Assembly: GCA_050261575.1 (NCBI GenBank)
Contig: JBLNDL010000053.1
Location: 1 to 35,497 of the forward strand
Reading direction: 5' to 3'
Source: Sphingomonadaceae bacterium
Lineage (GTDB): Bacteria > Chloroflexota > UBA6077
Length of the DNA stretch: 35,497 nt
Within the stretch, counting starts at the first letter, position 1. Every line of letters begins with the position of its first letter. This document shows, piece by piece, positions 9,649-18,176 of this stretch. Below the pieces are notes generated by a model, which was not told where the DNA came from, did not search any database, and saw only the letters and a program-made list of their open reading frames with translations. Position numbers and translations under genes: made by a program.

Positions 9649-11540
9649 TTCTCGCTGAGCAGCTTCTGCACCGAGGGAAACGCGGCCAGATTGGTGTGCG
9701 GGAGGAAGAGCCCGGAGACGTACTCCTCCATGAAGCGATTGTCAGCCGACAGCTCCAGGTAGGTCATCTTCCTCGCCACTTCCTCCATAACCGCCCTGGC
9801 TTCCCGCGAGACCAGGGCGGCGTAGGCGCCAAGTGCAGAGGTATTCCCCAGGTACTGGAAGGTCTCCCAAGGTAGATCCGGCAGCAGACCGATCTGAATC
9901 GCCTTCTCCACGTTGATGTACCGCCCGAAGCCGCCGCCGATGAACACCTGCTCGATGTCGTCGAAGGTGAGCCCCACGCTGTTGACCAGCACCGAGAAGC
10001 CCGCATAGATCGCCGCCTTGGTCCTCAAAAGATTGCTGATGTCCACCTCGGTAATGACGATGTCTCTCCCGTCGGCGGCCTCTCCCCCCCAAGCGACAAC
10101 GTACTCGCCCCCGTGATCGCCCCGCCTGATCCGAGGTGTCCCGAGGTTGAAGTTCATGCGGCCGGCCCTGTCTACGATACCGGACAGAAACATCCCCGCC
10201 ATCAGGTCTATCATGGCGGAGCCGCAGATCCCCTTGGGAGCCACGTCTCCTATCACATGGAAGCGGGGCTCGAAGTCGGTCCGGTCTATCTCCACCTTCT
10301 CGATGGCGCCGACTGTCGCCCTCATCCCGTGCTGAACCCCCGCCCCCTCGAAAGCCGGGCCCGCCGAGCAGGCGCAGGTGATCAGCCATTCGGCGTTCCC
10401 CAGAACTATCTCCCCGTTGGTCCCCACGTCGATGAACAGAGTCAGCTTGTCGGCCTTCCAGAGCCCTGAGCTGAGCACGCCAGCGGTGATATCCCCCCCC
10501 ACGTAGCTCGCCACGCCTGGAACCACCAGCACCCGGGCGTTGGGGTTCACCTCGATGCCGAGTTCTCGGGCGGACACGGGCGGGTAGTGGTTCACCGCAG
10601 GGATGTACGGCTGCTCCCGGAGATAGCGGGGGCTGATCCCCAGGAAGAGGTGGCTCATCGTGGGGTTGCCGGCGGCGACCACCTGCAGAACCTCCTCCGC
10701 CCGCACCCCGGCCTTCCGCAGCACTTCCCGGAGGAGACCGTTGATGGTGGAGATCACCAGCCGTCGAAGCTCTTCCAGGTGGTCCCCTTTGAGGGAGTAG
10801 ATGATTCGGGAGATGACATCCTCGCCTCGTGCGATCTGCTCGTTGTAGGCGGAGGCCACTTCCAGCACCTTCGACGTCCGAAGATCCACGAGGTACACCA
10901 CCACGGTGGTGGTACCTATGTCCACCGCAACGCCGAACTGCCGGTTCACACGGTCTCCAGGTACCACGGAGATGAGGCGGCGCGCGCCGTCGCCCGCCGC
11001 GGTATCGAAGTACACGGTCACCCGCCAGTCTGCGGCGCGGAGAAGATCGGGGAGGTCACGGAGCGAGGAGAGATCCGCCGCCAGGTCGTTCTGGCCCAGA
11101 CGGGCCATCTCTCGCCTGAGGCGGCTGAAGTCGTCGGTATTGTCCTCCAGACTCGGGGGGTCGATGGAGAGCGCCACGGCCCCCACCGACGGGTCGATCC
11201 GCCCCTGCCATCCCGCCGGCAGAGCGATGCGGTCAGCCCTGGACTCACCCACGGGGACCTCGCGCCCCGCCTGCGGGGGCACGAAGACTGTGACATCCCC
11301 GTGCACCGTGCTCTGGCACCCAAGAACCCAGCCCTCGCGCACTGCCGAAGGCGAGAGGAGGGCGGTTGGAGGCGTGGTGACCTCACCGAGGATCAACTGC
11401 ACTCTGCAGCGTCCACAGCGTCCCTGCCCCCCACATGGGATGCTGAGGTCGATCCCTGCGAACCTGGCGGCCTCCATCAGGCTCGACCCGGGCGCGACCT
11501 CCACGGACGTATTCTGGGGGAGAAACCTTACGAAAGGAAT
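9645..11540 (-). CDS. acsV: ASKHA-domain 2Fe-2S reductive activator of corrinoid protein (RACo/AcsV, DUF4445 family)
   Basis: PCGGQGRCGRC...LGCQ ferredoxin domain, VDIGTTT, GEDVISRI, VGGDITAG, IDVGTNGE, CSAGPAFEG, GICGS; start is either GTG 11504 or ATT 11540 (see findings). Confidence 0.9.
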   Translation of the reverse strand: MPFVRFLPQNTSVEVAPGSSLMEAARFAGIDLSIPCGGQGRCGRCRVQLILGEVTTPPTALLSPSAVREGWVLGCQSTVHGDVTVFVPPQAGREVPVGESRADRIALPAGWQGRIDPSVGAVALSIDPPSLEDNTDDFSRLRREMARLGQNDLAADLSSLRDLPDLLRAADWRVTVYFDTAAGDGARRLISVVPGDRVNRQFGVAVDIGTTTVVVYLVDLRTSKVLEVASAYNEQIARGEDVISRIIYSLKGDHLEELRRLVISTINGLLREVLRKAGVRAEEVLQVVAAGNPTMSHLFLGISPRYLREQPYIPAVNHYPPVSARELGIEVNPNARVLVVPGVASYVGGDITAGVLSSGLWKADKLTLFIDVGTNGEIVLGNAEWLITCACSAGPAFEGAGVQHGMRATVGAIEKVEIDRTDFEPRFHVIGDVAPKGICGSAMIDLMAGMFLSGIVDRAGRMNFNLGTPRIRRGDHGGEYVVAWGGEAADGRDIVITEVDISNLLRTKAAIYAGFSVLVNSVGLTFDDIEQVFIGGGFGRYINVEKAIQIGLLPDLPWETFQYLGNTSALGAYAALVSREARAVMEEVARKMTYLELSADNRFMEEYVSGLFLPHTNLAAFPSVQKLLSEK

Positions 11541-11618
11541 GTCTGGCTCCTCTGACTAGCCGGAAACCGGAACCGAGGCGGACCCATGTCGGGGATGGTA
11601 CCAAAACGGCAAGATCGT

Positions 11619-11663
11619 TTGCAAGCTACAATGCTGGTGATATACTAACCGCAACTAAGTTGC
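11619..11663 (+). promoter_or_regulatory. Putative sigma70 promoter followed by an operator-like palindrome
   Basis: TTGCAA-N16-TATACT with extended -10 TG, then GCAACT-A-AGTTGC at 11651-11663. Confidence 0.5.
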
Positions 11664-11823
11664 TAGTACCCCCTGGACCTTTCCCTGTAGTCGGTAGACT
11701 ACCAAGCGCCGGGATATCCTGCCTGCTTGCCGGTGGCCTATTGCCCCAAGCCGCAGCCGGCAGGTGCGCAACCCGTGGCCCGGTGACAACCGCTTCCTGA
11801 GCGCCGGGGGTCGTAGCCGGTTC

Positions 11824-14800
11824 ATGGATCGCCCCGCCTTTCTCACTAAGATCAGATTGCCGCAGCGACGCCAGGACGTGTTGCGTCGCGGCAGACTGGT
11901 GGATTTCCTCCACCAGCACGTGGACAAGCGGCTGATAATCATCTCTGCCGCCGCTGGTTACGGCAAGACCACCCTCCTGGTAGACTTCGCCCACGACGTG
12001 GACCTCCCCATCTGCTGGTACTCCCTGGATGCCTCGGACGCCGATCCACGGAGCTTCTTCGAGTACCTGCTACTCTCGCTCCGGCAACGGTTTCCCGGAT
12101 TCGGGCGGCACACCGAGGCCCTCCTCCAGTCGGTGGGGGACGTCGGGAGAGAGGTCAACTCGATCGTCGCGTCCCTTACCAACGAGATCCAGACGGACAT
12201 CCCAGACTACTTCCTGTTGATCCTGGACGACTTCCACTGGGTTGACAACAGCGAAGTGGTCCACTCCGCCCTCGATCTCCTGATCTACTACCTGCCTGAC
12301 AACTGCCACCTGCTGCTGTCCTCCCGCACTCTGCCCCAACTCACCTATTCCCGCTTGGCCGCCCAGCGCCAGGTCGCCGGACTCGGCACCATCGACCTCC
12401 GGTTCACCCCGGAGGAACTCTCCCGCCTGCTGCGGGACAACTACAAGCTGGTGATGCCTGCCCGCCAAGCAGAGGAGTTGACCGAAGCCGCGGAGGGGTG
12501 GATCACCGGAATCCTACTCACCACACACACCCTTTGGATGGGCCTGGTCGAGAACCTCGTGAAGGCGAAAGGAGCCGGCAGCCCGCTGTTCGACTATCTG
12601 GCCAACGAAGCCTACCGACACCAGCCTCCGGAAGTCCAGAGCTTTCTGCTCCGCTCCTCGGTTCTTCGCCAGATGTCCCCGGAGCTGTGCGACCGGCTCT
12701 TCGCCCAGGGAACGGCCTCGGAGATGCTCGCCTATCTAGTGCGGGCAAACCTGTTCGTGGTCGCGCTGGAAGGGCCCGACGAGTGGTATCGCTACCACAA
12801 CCTGTTCCAGGAGTTCCTCCAGGCGAAGCTGAAGGCAGAGGATCCCAGCCTGTACTTCGACCTGCATCGCAGATCAGCGAAGATGTCCGAGGAGCAGGGG
12901 GACTGGGACTCGGCCATCGGCCACTACCGTGAGGCGAGAGAGTACGATGGTGCCGCCAGGTTGGTGGAGAGGGTTGGCGAGGAGATGATCCACTCTGGCA
13001 AGTGGCGCACCCTCTACAGGTGGCTGGATTCCCTGTCCCCGTCCTCGTTCGATGACATGCCAAGGCTCTCCCTCTTCCGCGGCCGAACCTACTTATGGTC
13101 CGGAGAGGTCGACCGGGCAATAGACTACATGGAGCGTGCAGCGAAGCGGTTCCTCGCTCAGGATGACCCCGACGGCGCGGCGACCTCGCTTACCCTCAAG
13201 AGCGTCGGACTGCGCTTCAAGGGCCGGACGGTCGAGGCCTTGGAGGCGTGCAGGGAGGCCTTGGCGCTCCCAATCGACCCCGCCGGCAGATCAGCCGCCG
13301 ACGCCTATCGAGACACGGGGATATGCCTGGCCTCCCTGGGCAGACTGGCGGAAGCCGAGGTAGAACTCCACCGGGCACTGGAGATCTACGACCGCATCGG
13401 CGACGAGCCGGGGGTCGCCACGATCTGCCAGTCCATAGGGATCCTCTCGGTGCGAATGGGCAACCTGGCGAAGGCGATGATGCACTACCGGAGGGCCCTC
13501 GGCACGTGGCAGAAGTCCGGCAGCGCAGCCTACACCGCGCACGTTCTCAACTGCATCGCCCTCATCCACTACTACACTGGGGAGTATCAGCAGGCCCTGC
13601 CGATCCTGGAGGATGCACTAGCCAAGGCGCAGAGTGGGGGTTATCTGCGGGTCGAGGCATTCGTTCTGGGAAGCATCGGCGACCTCCGGCGAGACTCCGG
13701 GGATCTTCGCGCGGCCACGGAGGCATACGAGAGCGCGCTCGAGATCGCACAACGAGTCGACGAACTTCCCCTCGTGAACTACCTCCTCGATGCCCTGGCC
13801 AACACCCATCGACTGCTTGGTGACTACGCCACCGCGGAGCGGCTCCTCCGCCAGGCTCTCCAGCAGGCGGAGGAAACGCAGTCGGACTACGAGATCGCAA
13901 CCTACTCCATCTCTGCGGGCGTCTTGGCCGAGGAACAGGGCGACCTCGATCGAGCGGAGCAGTTTCTCCGTTCGGCGCTCGACGTCCTGGTTGCCTCGGG
14001 CGCCAAACGGGATGTCGCGCGAGCCCGCTTTCACCTCGCGCGCACCCTCTTCGCCCTCGACCGCAAGGAGGAAGCCAGGCAAGAGCTGGAGGGGTGTCTC
14101 GAGCTGTGCCGCCAACTGGGATACGATGCCTTCCTCGTTGCAGAGGGCCAGCGCGCAGGCCGGTTGATCTCCTGGGCAGTCTCCCAGGAGATCGGAGGCA
14201 GAAGGCTGGAGCTGGTCGCCCAGCGGCTCGAACTCCCCAGGCAGCCCCTGCAGGAGATGCGCCGTCCGAGGATCCGTGTCGAGTCCAGCGGTCCAAATCG
14301 GATCGAGGTCTTCTCCCTCGGGCAGGCGAGAGTGCTCGTGGATTCCCGCCCCATCACGAGCAGCGACTGGGCAGTGGAGAAGACCAAGGAGCTGTTCTTC
14401 TACCTGCTTCAGCAGGCCCACCCCCTGCGCAAGGAGCAGATAGTGGACGACGTGTGGCCGGAGGTGGACATGGCGAAGAGCAATAGCCAGTTCCACTCCA
14501 CCATGTACCGGCTGCGCAGGGCACTCTTCCCGCAGTGTGTGATCTACCGAGACGGCCGATACCAACTGACGCTCGGCAACGCCTTGTGGTACGACATGGA
14601 GGAGTTCGTCCGGCTTCTGGACGCCGCCGAGCAGCCAGATGTTCCCGGCTCCCAGCGGATCGAGCTGTACACGCAGGCGCTGAAGCTCTATCAAGGGCCA
14701 TTTCTAGACGAGTTGTACGCCGACTGGGCTGCAACTGAGAGAGAGGAGCTGGAGCTGCGCCACCTTCAGGCGCTGAACCGGCTCGCTCGGCTCAAGGCGG

Positions 14801-15045
14801 AACAGGGGGACATGGAGCAGGCCGTGGAGCTACTGCGCACCGCCGTGGCCAAGGACCCATTCCAGGAGGAGACCCACTACGGGCTGATTCACTACTCGGC
14901 CCTCATGGGAGACAGGGCTGCCGCCCTGAGACACTACCGCAGCTACGTCGAGTTGCTGCGGGACGAACTGAGCGCCAAGCCCAGCGCCGGAGTGTCTGCC
15001 CTGGCTGAGCGCATCGCCAGCGGCCAGTCTATCCCCTCGCTGTGA
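11824..15045 (+). CDS. MalT-like STAND ATPase-TPR regulator with C-terminal winged-helix/BTAD (SARP-type) domain
   Basis: TKIRLP..R..LRRGRL, AAAGYGKTT Walker A, LILDDFH Walker B, EGW, WYRYHNLFQEFL, many TPR-like helices, KTKELFFYLL..MYRLRRAL, YQGPFLDELYADWA..DPFQEE BTAD. Confidence 0.88.
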   Translation: MDRPAFLTKIRLPQRRQDVLRRGRLVDFLHQHVDKRLIIISAAAGYGKTTLLVDFAHDVDLPICWYSLDASDADPRSFFEYLLLSLRQRFPGFGRHTEALLQSVGDVGREVNSIVASLTNEIQTDIPDYFLLILDDFHWVDNSEVVHSALDLLIYYLPDNCHLLLSSRTLPQLTYSRLAAQRQVAGLGTIDLRFTPEELSRLLRDNYKLVMPARQAEELTEAAEGWITGILLTTHTLWMGLVENLVKAKGAGSPLFDYLANEAYRHQPPEVQSFLLRSSVLRQMSPELCDRLFAQGTASEMLAYLVRANLFVVALEGPDEWYRYHNLFQEFLQAKLKAEDPSLYFDLHRRSAKMSEEQGDWDSAIGHYREAREYDGAARLVERVGEEMIHSGKWRTLYRWLDSLSPSSFDDMPRLSLFRGRTYLWSGEVDRAIDYMERAAKRFLAQDDPDGAATSLTLKSVGLRFKGRTVEALEACREALALPIDPAGRSAADAYRDTGICLASLGRLAEAEVELHRALEIYDRIGDEPGVATICQSIGILSVRMGNLAKAMMHYRRALGTWQKSGSAAYTAHVLNCIALIHYYTGEYQQALPILEDALAKAQSGGYLRVEAFVLGSIGDLRRDSGDLRAATEAYESALEIAQRVDELPLVNYLLDALANTHRLLGDYATAERLLRQALQQAEETQSDYEIATYSISAGVLAEEQGDLDRAEQFLRSALDVLVASGAKRDVARARFHLARTLFALDRKEEARQELEGCLELCRQLGYDAFLVAEGQRAGRLISWAVSQEIGGRRLELVAQRLELPRQPLQEMRRPRIRVESSGPNRIEVFSLGQARVLVDSRPITSSDWAVEKTKELFFYLLQQAHPLRKEQIVDDVWPEVDMAKSNSQFHSTMYRLRRALFPQCVIYRDGRYQLTLGNALWYDMEEFVRLLDAAEQPDVPGSQRIELYTQALKLYQGPFLDELYADWAATEREELELRHLQALNRLARLKAEQGDMEQAVELLRTAVAKDPFQEETHYGLIHYSALMGDRAAALRHYRSYVELLRDELSAKPSAGVSALAERIASGQSIPSL

Positions 15046-15129
15046 GAACGAGTACTCACGCGTCGTAAGCCTTCGTGGCAGGAGGCCCGCACCCTTCCAG
15101 TATTCTTCTCTCAGAAACCCCTTTGAGCG

Positions 15130-15203
15130 CTAAGCAGGTATCTCCAGATGGAGTACACGCGTCCCGCCAGAAAAGTCCACATGAACTGGTGATTCCCGCC
15201 CAG
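15130..15203 (+). mobile_element. 74-bp TIR-bounded dispersed element (MITE-like), copy A
   Basis: CTAAGCAGGTATCTCCAG...CTGGTGATTCCCGCCCAG; aligns without gaps to three other copies. Confidence 0.75.
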
Positions 15204-15298
15204 CACTGTGAGAGATTTGCGAGAATCGGTCCGTATACTCCCCCGCAGTTGAGGGTTCCTCGGGGAACCCGCCAGATGATGAGGAGGGAGTTGAAGAG

Positions 15299-15403
15299 AT
15301 GAAGACCGTGCGACACATCTACGTGAAGGTCCTGTACGCTGTCCTCGCCATCGCTGCGCTGGCCATGGCTGCGGGTGCGCCCGAGGGCTGGCCGATGCCG
15401 TAA
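15299..15403 (+). CDS. 34-aa signal-peptide-like small protein MKTVRHIYVKVLYAVLAIAALAMAAGAPEGWPMP (not in the ORF track)
   Basis: Strong RBS GAGGAGGGAG 8 nt before ATG; TATACT at 15234-15239; basic N-terminus, hydrophobic core, short polar tail; stem-loop at 15422-15447 after the TAA. Confidence 0.75.
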   Translation: MKTVRHIYVKVLYAVLAIAALAMAAGAPEGWPMP

Positions 15404-15521
15404 CTTCAGCCGCGCGCACCGCCCGCGACCATCGGTTGAGTCGCGGGGAGGGGCAGCGAGCCTTGCGGCTCGACACCGACGGCACTCCCAGGACAACCAG
15501 ACTATCTTCAGGGGCTTTTCG

Positions 15522-16121
15522 TTGATACTGGTTTTTGCTGTCATCATCGGCGTCGGCGTGGCACTGCTTCGAGGGGGAGCGTTAGGTAGACTGGCTCACC
15601 TGCAGCTTCGACTCGGGTGGCTGGCACTTCTCGCGCTGCTGGTGCAGATGTACGTCATCTACTATCCGGCAGAGCGGGTCCAGATGGAGCGCTCCCTCCA
15701 CGCCGCGCTGATGATGGGGTCGTACGTCGTTCTGACGGTCGTCGTGCTGGTTAACGGGCGAATACCGGCGATGCCCATCATCGGACTGGGGCTGATCCTC
15801 AACCTGCTGGTCATGGGCAGCAACGGAGGCTTCATGCCCGTCAGCCGCGAAGCGATCCTCACCACTGGGACCCGAACGGTCGACCAGTTGCCAGCGGATG
15901 GGGAGAGGCTTCCCAGGTCCAAAGACGTGTTGCTTCCCGCCGATCAGACGCGGCTCTGGATCCTCTCCGACATAATCACAGCACCCGATTCGGTGCCCCT
16001 AGCGAGGGTCTACAGCATCGGCGATCTTGTAGTCGCCGCCGGCACCTTCCTCCTGCTCCAGGCTGCGATGGTGCCCCCCAAGAAGAGGCGATACCTGGGT
16101 GAAGAGATCGGGGTCGCCTGA
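15522..16121 (+). CDS. DUF5317-like multi-pass membrane protein
   Basis: TTG start after AGGGG; ALLRGG.L.RL, G..LNLLV..SNGGFMPV, LSDII...YSIGD signature. Confidence 0.75.
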   Translation: MILVFAVIIGVGVALLRGGALGRLAHLQLRLGWLALLALLVQMYVIYYPAERVQMERSLHAALMMGSYVVLTVVVLVNGRIPAMPIIGLGLILNLLVMGSNGGFMPVSREAILTTGTRTVDQLPADGERLPRSKDVLLPADQTRLWILSDIITAPDSVPLARVYSIGDLVVAAGTFLLLQAAMVPPKKRRYLGEEIGVA

Positions 16122-16156
16122 CCAAACCCGCAGACGTTCGCCCTTCAGGAGGAACG

Positions 16157-16429
16157 ATGGGGCCACACAAGGAACTGGAGAGACTCATCGGCGCCGCGAT
16201 CGTTGATGGCGAGTTCCGGGCGAGCCTCCTCGAGTCACCATTGGCTGCCGCCGCGGGCTTCGATCTCGCGGAGGACGAGCTAGCCGTCCTGGATTCTGCC
16301 GGCGCCGACTCATTGGAGGAGTTGGCAGCCCACATCTACGCTTGGATCACCAAAGCTACCACTCCCAAGCGAGTTACCGCCGCCCGGTGGAGCCTGGACG
16401 GCCATCAAGCAGCGCGCATCGCGGTGTAG
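16157..16429 (+). CDS. Small NHLP-leader-like protein (Os1348/Franean1_4349-like)
   Basis: AGGAGG RBS; LERLIGAAIVDGEFRASLLESP....GFDLAEDE pattern typical of nitrile-hydratase-leader-like domains. Confidence 0.65.
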   Translation: MGPHKELERLIGAAIVDGEFRASLLESPLAAAAGFDLAEDELAVLDSAGADSLEELAAHIYAWITKATTPKRVTAARWSLDGHQAARIAV

Positions 16430-16489
16430 GCGCTTCCTTCACGGCACCAACGGGCCCGCCCGACTTCCCAGACGGGTTGGCCCAGGTGT

Positions 16490-16539
16490 TCGGCGGCCGG
16501 CGCTCAGTGATGTGCCCGCGGCTGAGCGCCGGCCGCCGA
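16490..16539. terminator. Perfect 18-bp inverted repeat between convergent genes
   Basis: TCGGCGGCCGGCGCTCAG (16490-16507) pairs with CTGAGCGCCGGCCGCCGA (16522-16539). Confidence 0.6.
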
Positions 16540-16552
16540 GTCTCTCCTGCCC

Positions 16553-16626
16553 CTGAGCAGGTGTCTCCAGATAGAGTGCGCGTTGCCCGCGAGAGTAGTT
16601 GACATGAGCTAGGAATACCTGACTAG
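16553..16626 (+). mobile_element. 74-bp TIR-bounded dispersed element, copy B
   Basis: CTGAGCAGGTGTCTCCAG...CTAGGAATACCTGACTAG; right end overlaps the aldehyde dehydrogenase TAG stop. Confidence 0.75.
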
Positions 16627-18113
16627 CCGATCCCCTCCACCAGGTCGATCTGCGCCCTCTGCAGCCTCCCCGAGTAGTCCACGTACACCGTCTTCCACTC
16701 GGTGAACACGTCCAGCGCCGTCCACGCGGCCTCGCGGTGGCCATTGCCGGTCCCTCGGGTGCCGCCGAACGGAAGCTGGACCTCGGCCCCTATGGTGCCG
16801 GCGTTGACGTACAGGACGCCGGTCGTCACGTCTCTCGAAGCGGTGAATGCCTTGTTCACGTCCCGAGTGTAGATCGAACTCGACAGTCCGAACCTGGTAT
16901 CGTTGTTCACTCGGATCGCCTCCTCCAGGCTATCCACCGCTATGATGCCCAGGGTGGGGCCGAAGATCTCCTCCTGGGCTATCCGCATGTGCGGCCGCAC
17001 TTCCGCAAAGATGGTTGGAGGATAGAAGTTGCCCCTCGCGAGCTCTCCCTCACGGGCGATCTCGCCGCCGCACAGCAGCCTGGCCCCCTCCTGCACACCG
17101 ACCTGCGTGTAGCCGTGGATTCTCTCCAACTGCCGAGCGTTGATGACCGGCCCCACATCGGTCTGAGGATCTAACCCGTGGCCCAGCCGCATCTTGCGGG
17201 CGCGTTCCACCAGTCGATCGGTGAGATCCCTCTCCACCGCCCGATGCACTATCACCCGGCTGGCCGCAGTGCACCGCTGGCCGGCGGTCCCGAACGCGCT
17301 CCATAGGATTCCCTCCACCGCCAGGTCGAGATCCGCGTCCTCCATCACCATGATGGCGTTCTTGCCGCCCATCTCCAGCGACACGCGTTTGATCCGTCCA
17401 GCCGTCTCCGTGAGGACGGAGCGGCCCGTCTCGGTAGAGCCGGTGAAGGAGACGACGTCCACCCGCGGGTGGTTGACCAGGGCGTTGCCCGCTTCGCCAC
17501 CGCCACCGATCACGAGATTCAGCACTCCGCCGGGCAAGCCGGCCTCTTCGTACAGCTTTACCAACTCCGCCGCGAGGACCGGCGTATCGCTCGCGGGCTT
17601 GAACACCACCACGTTGCCACAGATCAGCGCAGCGGTCAGCTTCCAGCTCGGAATGGCGATGGGGAAGTTCCACGGCGTTATGGCAGCAACCACCCCCACC
17701 GGATCTCGCATCGAAGTGCCGAATTTGTTCGGGAGCTCCGAGGGCACCGTGTGTCCGAAGAGACGTCGCCCCTCCCCGGCCATGTAGTAGGTCATGTCGA
17801 TCGCCTCTTGCACGTCGCCACGGCCCTCGGCGATCACCTTCCCCATCTCTCGTGTGACCAGTCGAGCCAGTTGCTCTTTCCGCTCCTGCAGCAACTGCCC
17901 CACCCTGAAGAGGATCTCACCACGCTTGGGAGCCGGCGTAAGCCGCCAACTCCTGAAAGCGACCTCGGCAGCCTCCACCGCCCGCTCGACGTCGGCAGGT
18001 GACGATCTGGGCACTATGCCCACCACTTCGCCCGTCGCCGGATCCAAGCTCTCGAAGCTCCTGTCGCTCTCAGAGTCGACCCACTTGCCTCCGATGTAGT
18101 TCTTGTACTGCAC
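16623..18113 (-). CDS. NAD(P)-dependent aldehyde dehydrogenase
   Basis: ITPWNFP, FKPAS, FTGSTETG, LEMGGKN, GQRCTA catalytic Cys, EEIFGP, PFGG; GTG at 18113 after GGAGGT. Confidence 0.93.
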   Translation of the reverse strand: MQYKNYIGGKWVDSESDRSFESLDPATGEVVGIVPRSSPADVERAVEAAEVAFRSWRLTPAPKRGEILFRVGQLLQERKEQLARLVTREMGKVIAEGRGDVQEAIDMTYYMAGEGRRLFGHTVPSELPNKFGTSMRDPVGVVAAITPWNFPIAIPSWKLTAALICGNVVVFKPASDTPVLAAELVKLYEEAGLPGGVLNLVIGGGGEAGNALVNHPRVDVVSFTGSTETGRSVLTETAGRIKRVSLEMGGKNAIMVMEDADLDLAVEGILWSAFGTAGQRCTAASRVIVHRAVERDLTDRLVERARKMRLGHGLDPQTDVGPVINARQLERIHGYTQVGVQEGARLLCGGEIAREGELARGNFYPPTIFAEVRPHMRIAQEEIFGPTLGIIAVDSLEEAIRVNNDTRFGLSSSIYTRDVNKAFTASRDVTTGVLYVNAGTIGAEVQLPFGGTRGTGNGHREAAWTALDVFTEWKTVYVDYSGRLQRAQIDLVEGIG

Positions 18114-18176
18114 CGCAACACCTCCAAGCGGAAAGAAGGAGGTGGATGGTTTCCCATGGGAGACCACCCACCTCCT
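18114..18176 (-). promoter_or_regulatory. Long leader hairpin containing an anti-Shine-Dalgarno segment upstream of the ALDH gene
   Basis: Minus strand reads AGGAGGTGGGTGGTCTCCC-AT-GGGAAACCATCCACCTCCT, then TCTTTCCGCTT GGAGGTG TTGCG GTG. Confidence 0.45.

Noticed and set aside
15130..16626. 74-bp repeats as CRISPR repeats or integron attC sites
   Set aside because: Too long and diverged, irregular kb-scale spacing, both orientations, no cas or intI gene, and no RYYYAAC/GTTRRRY termini.
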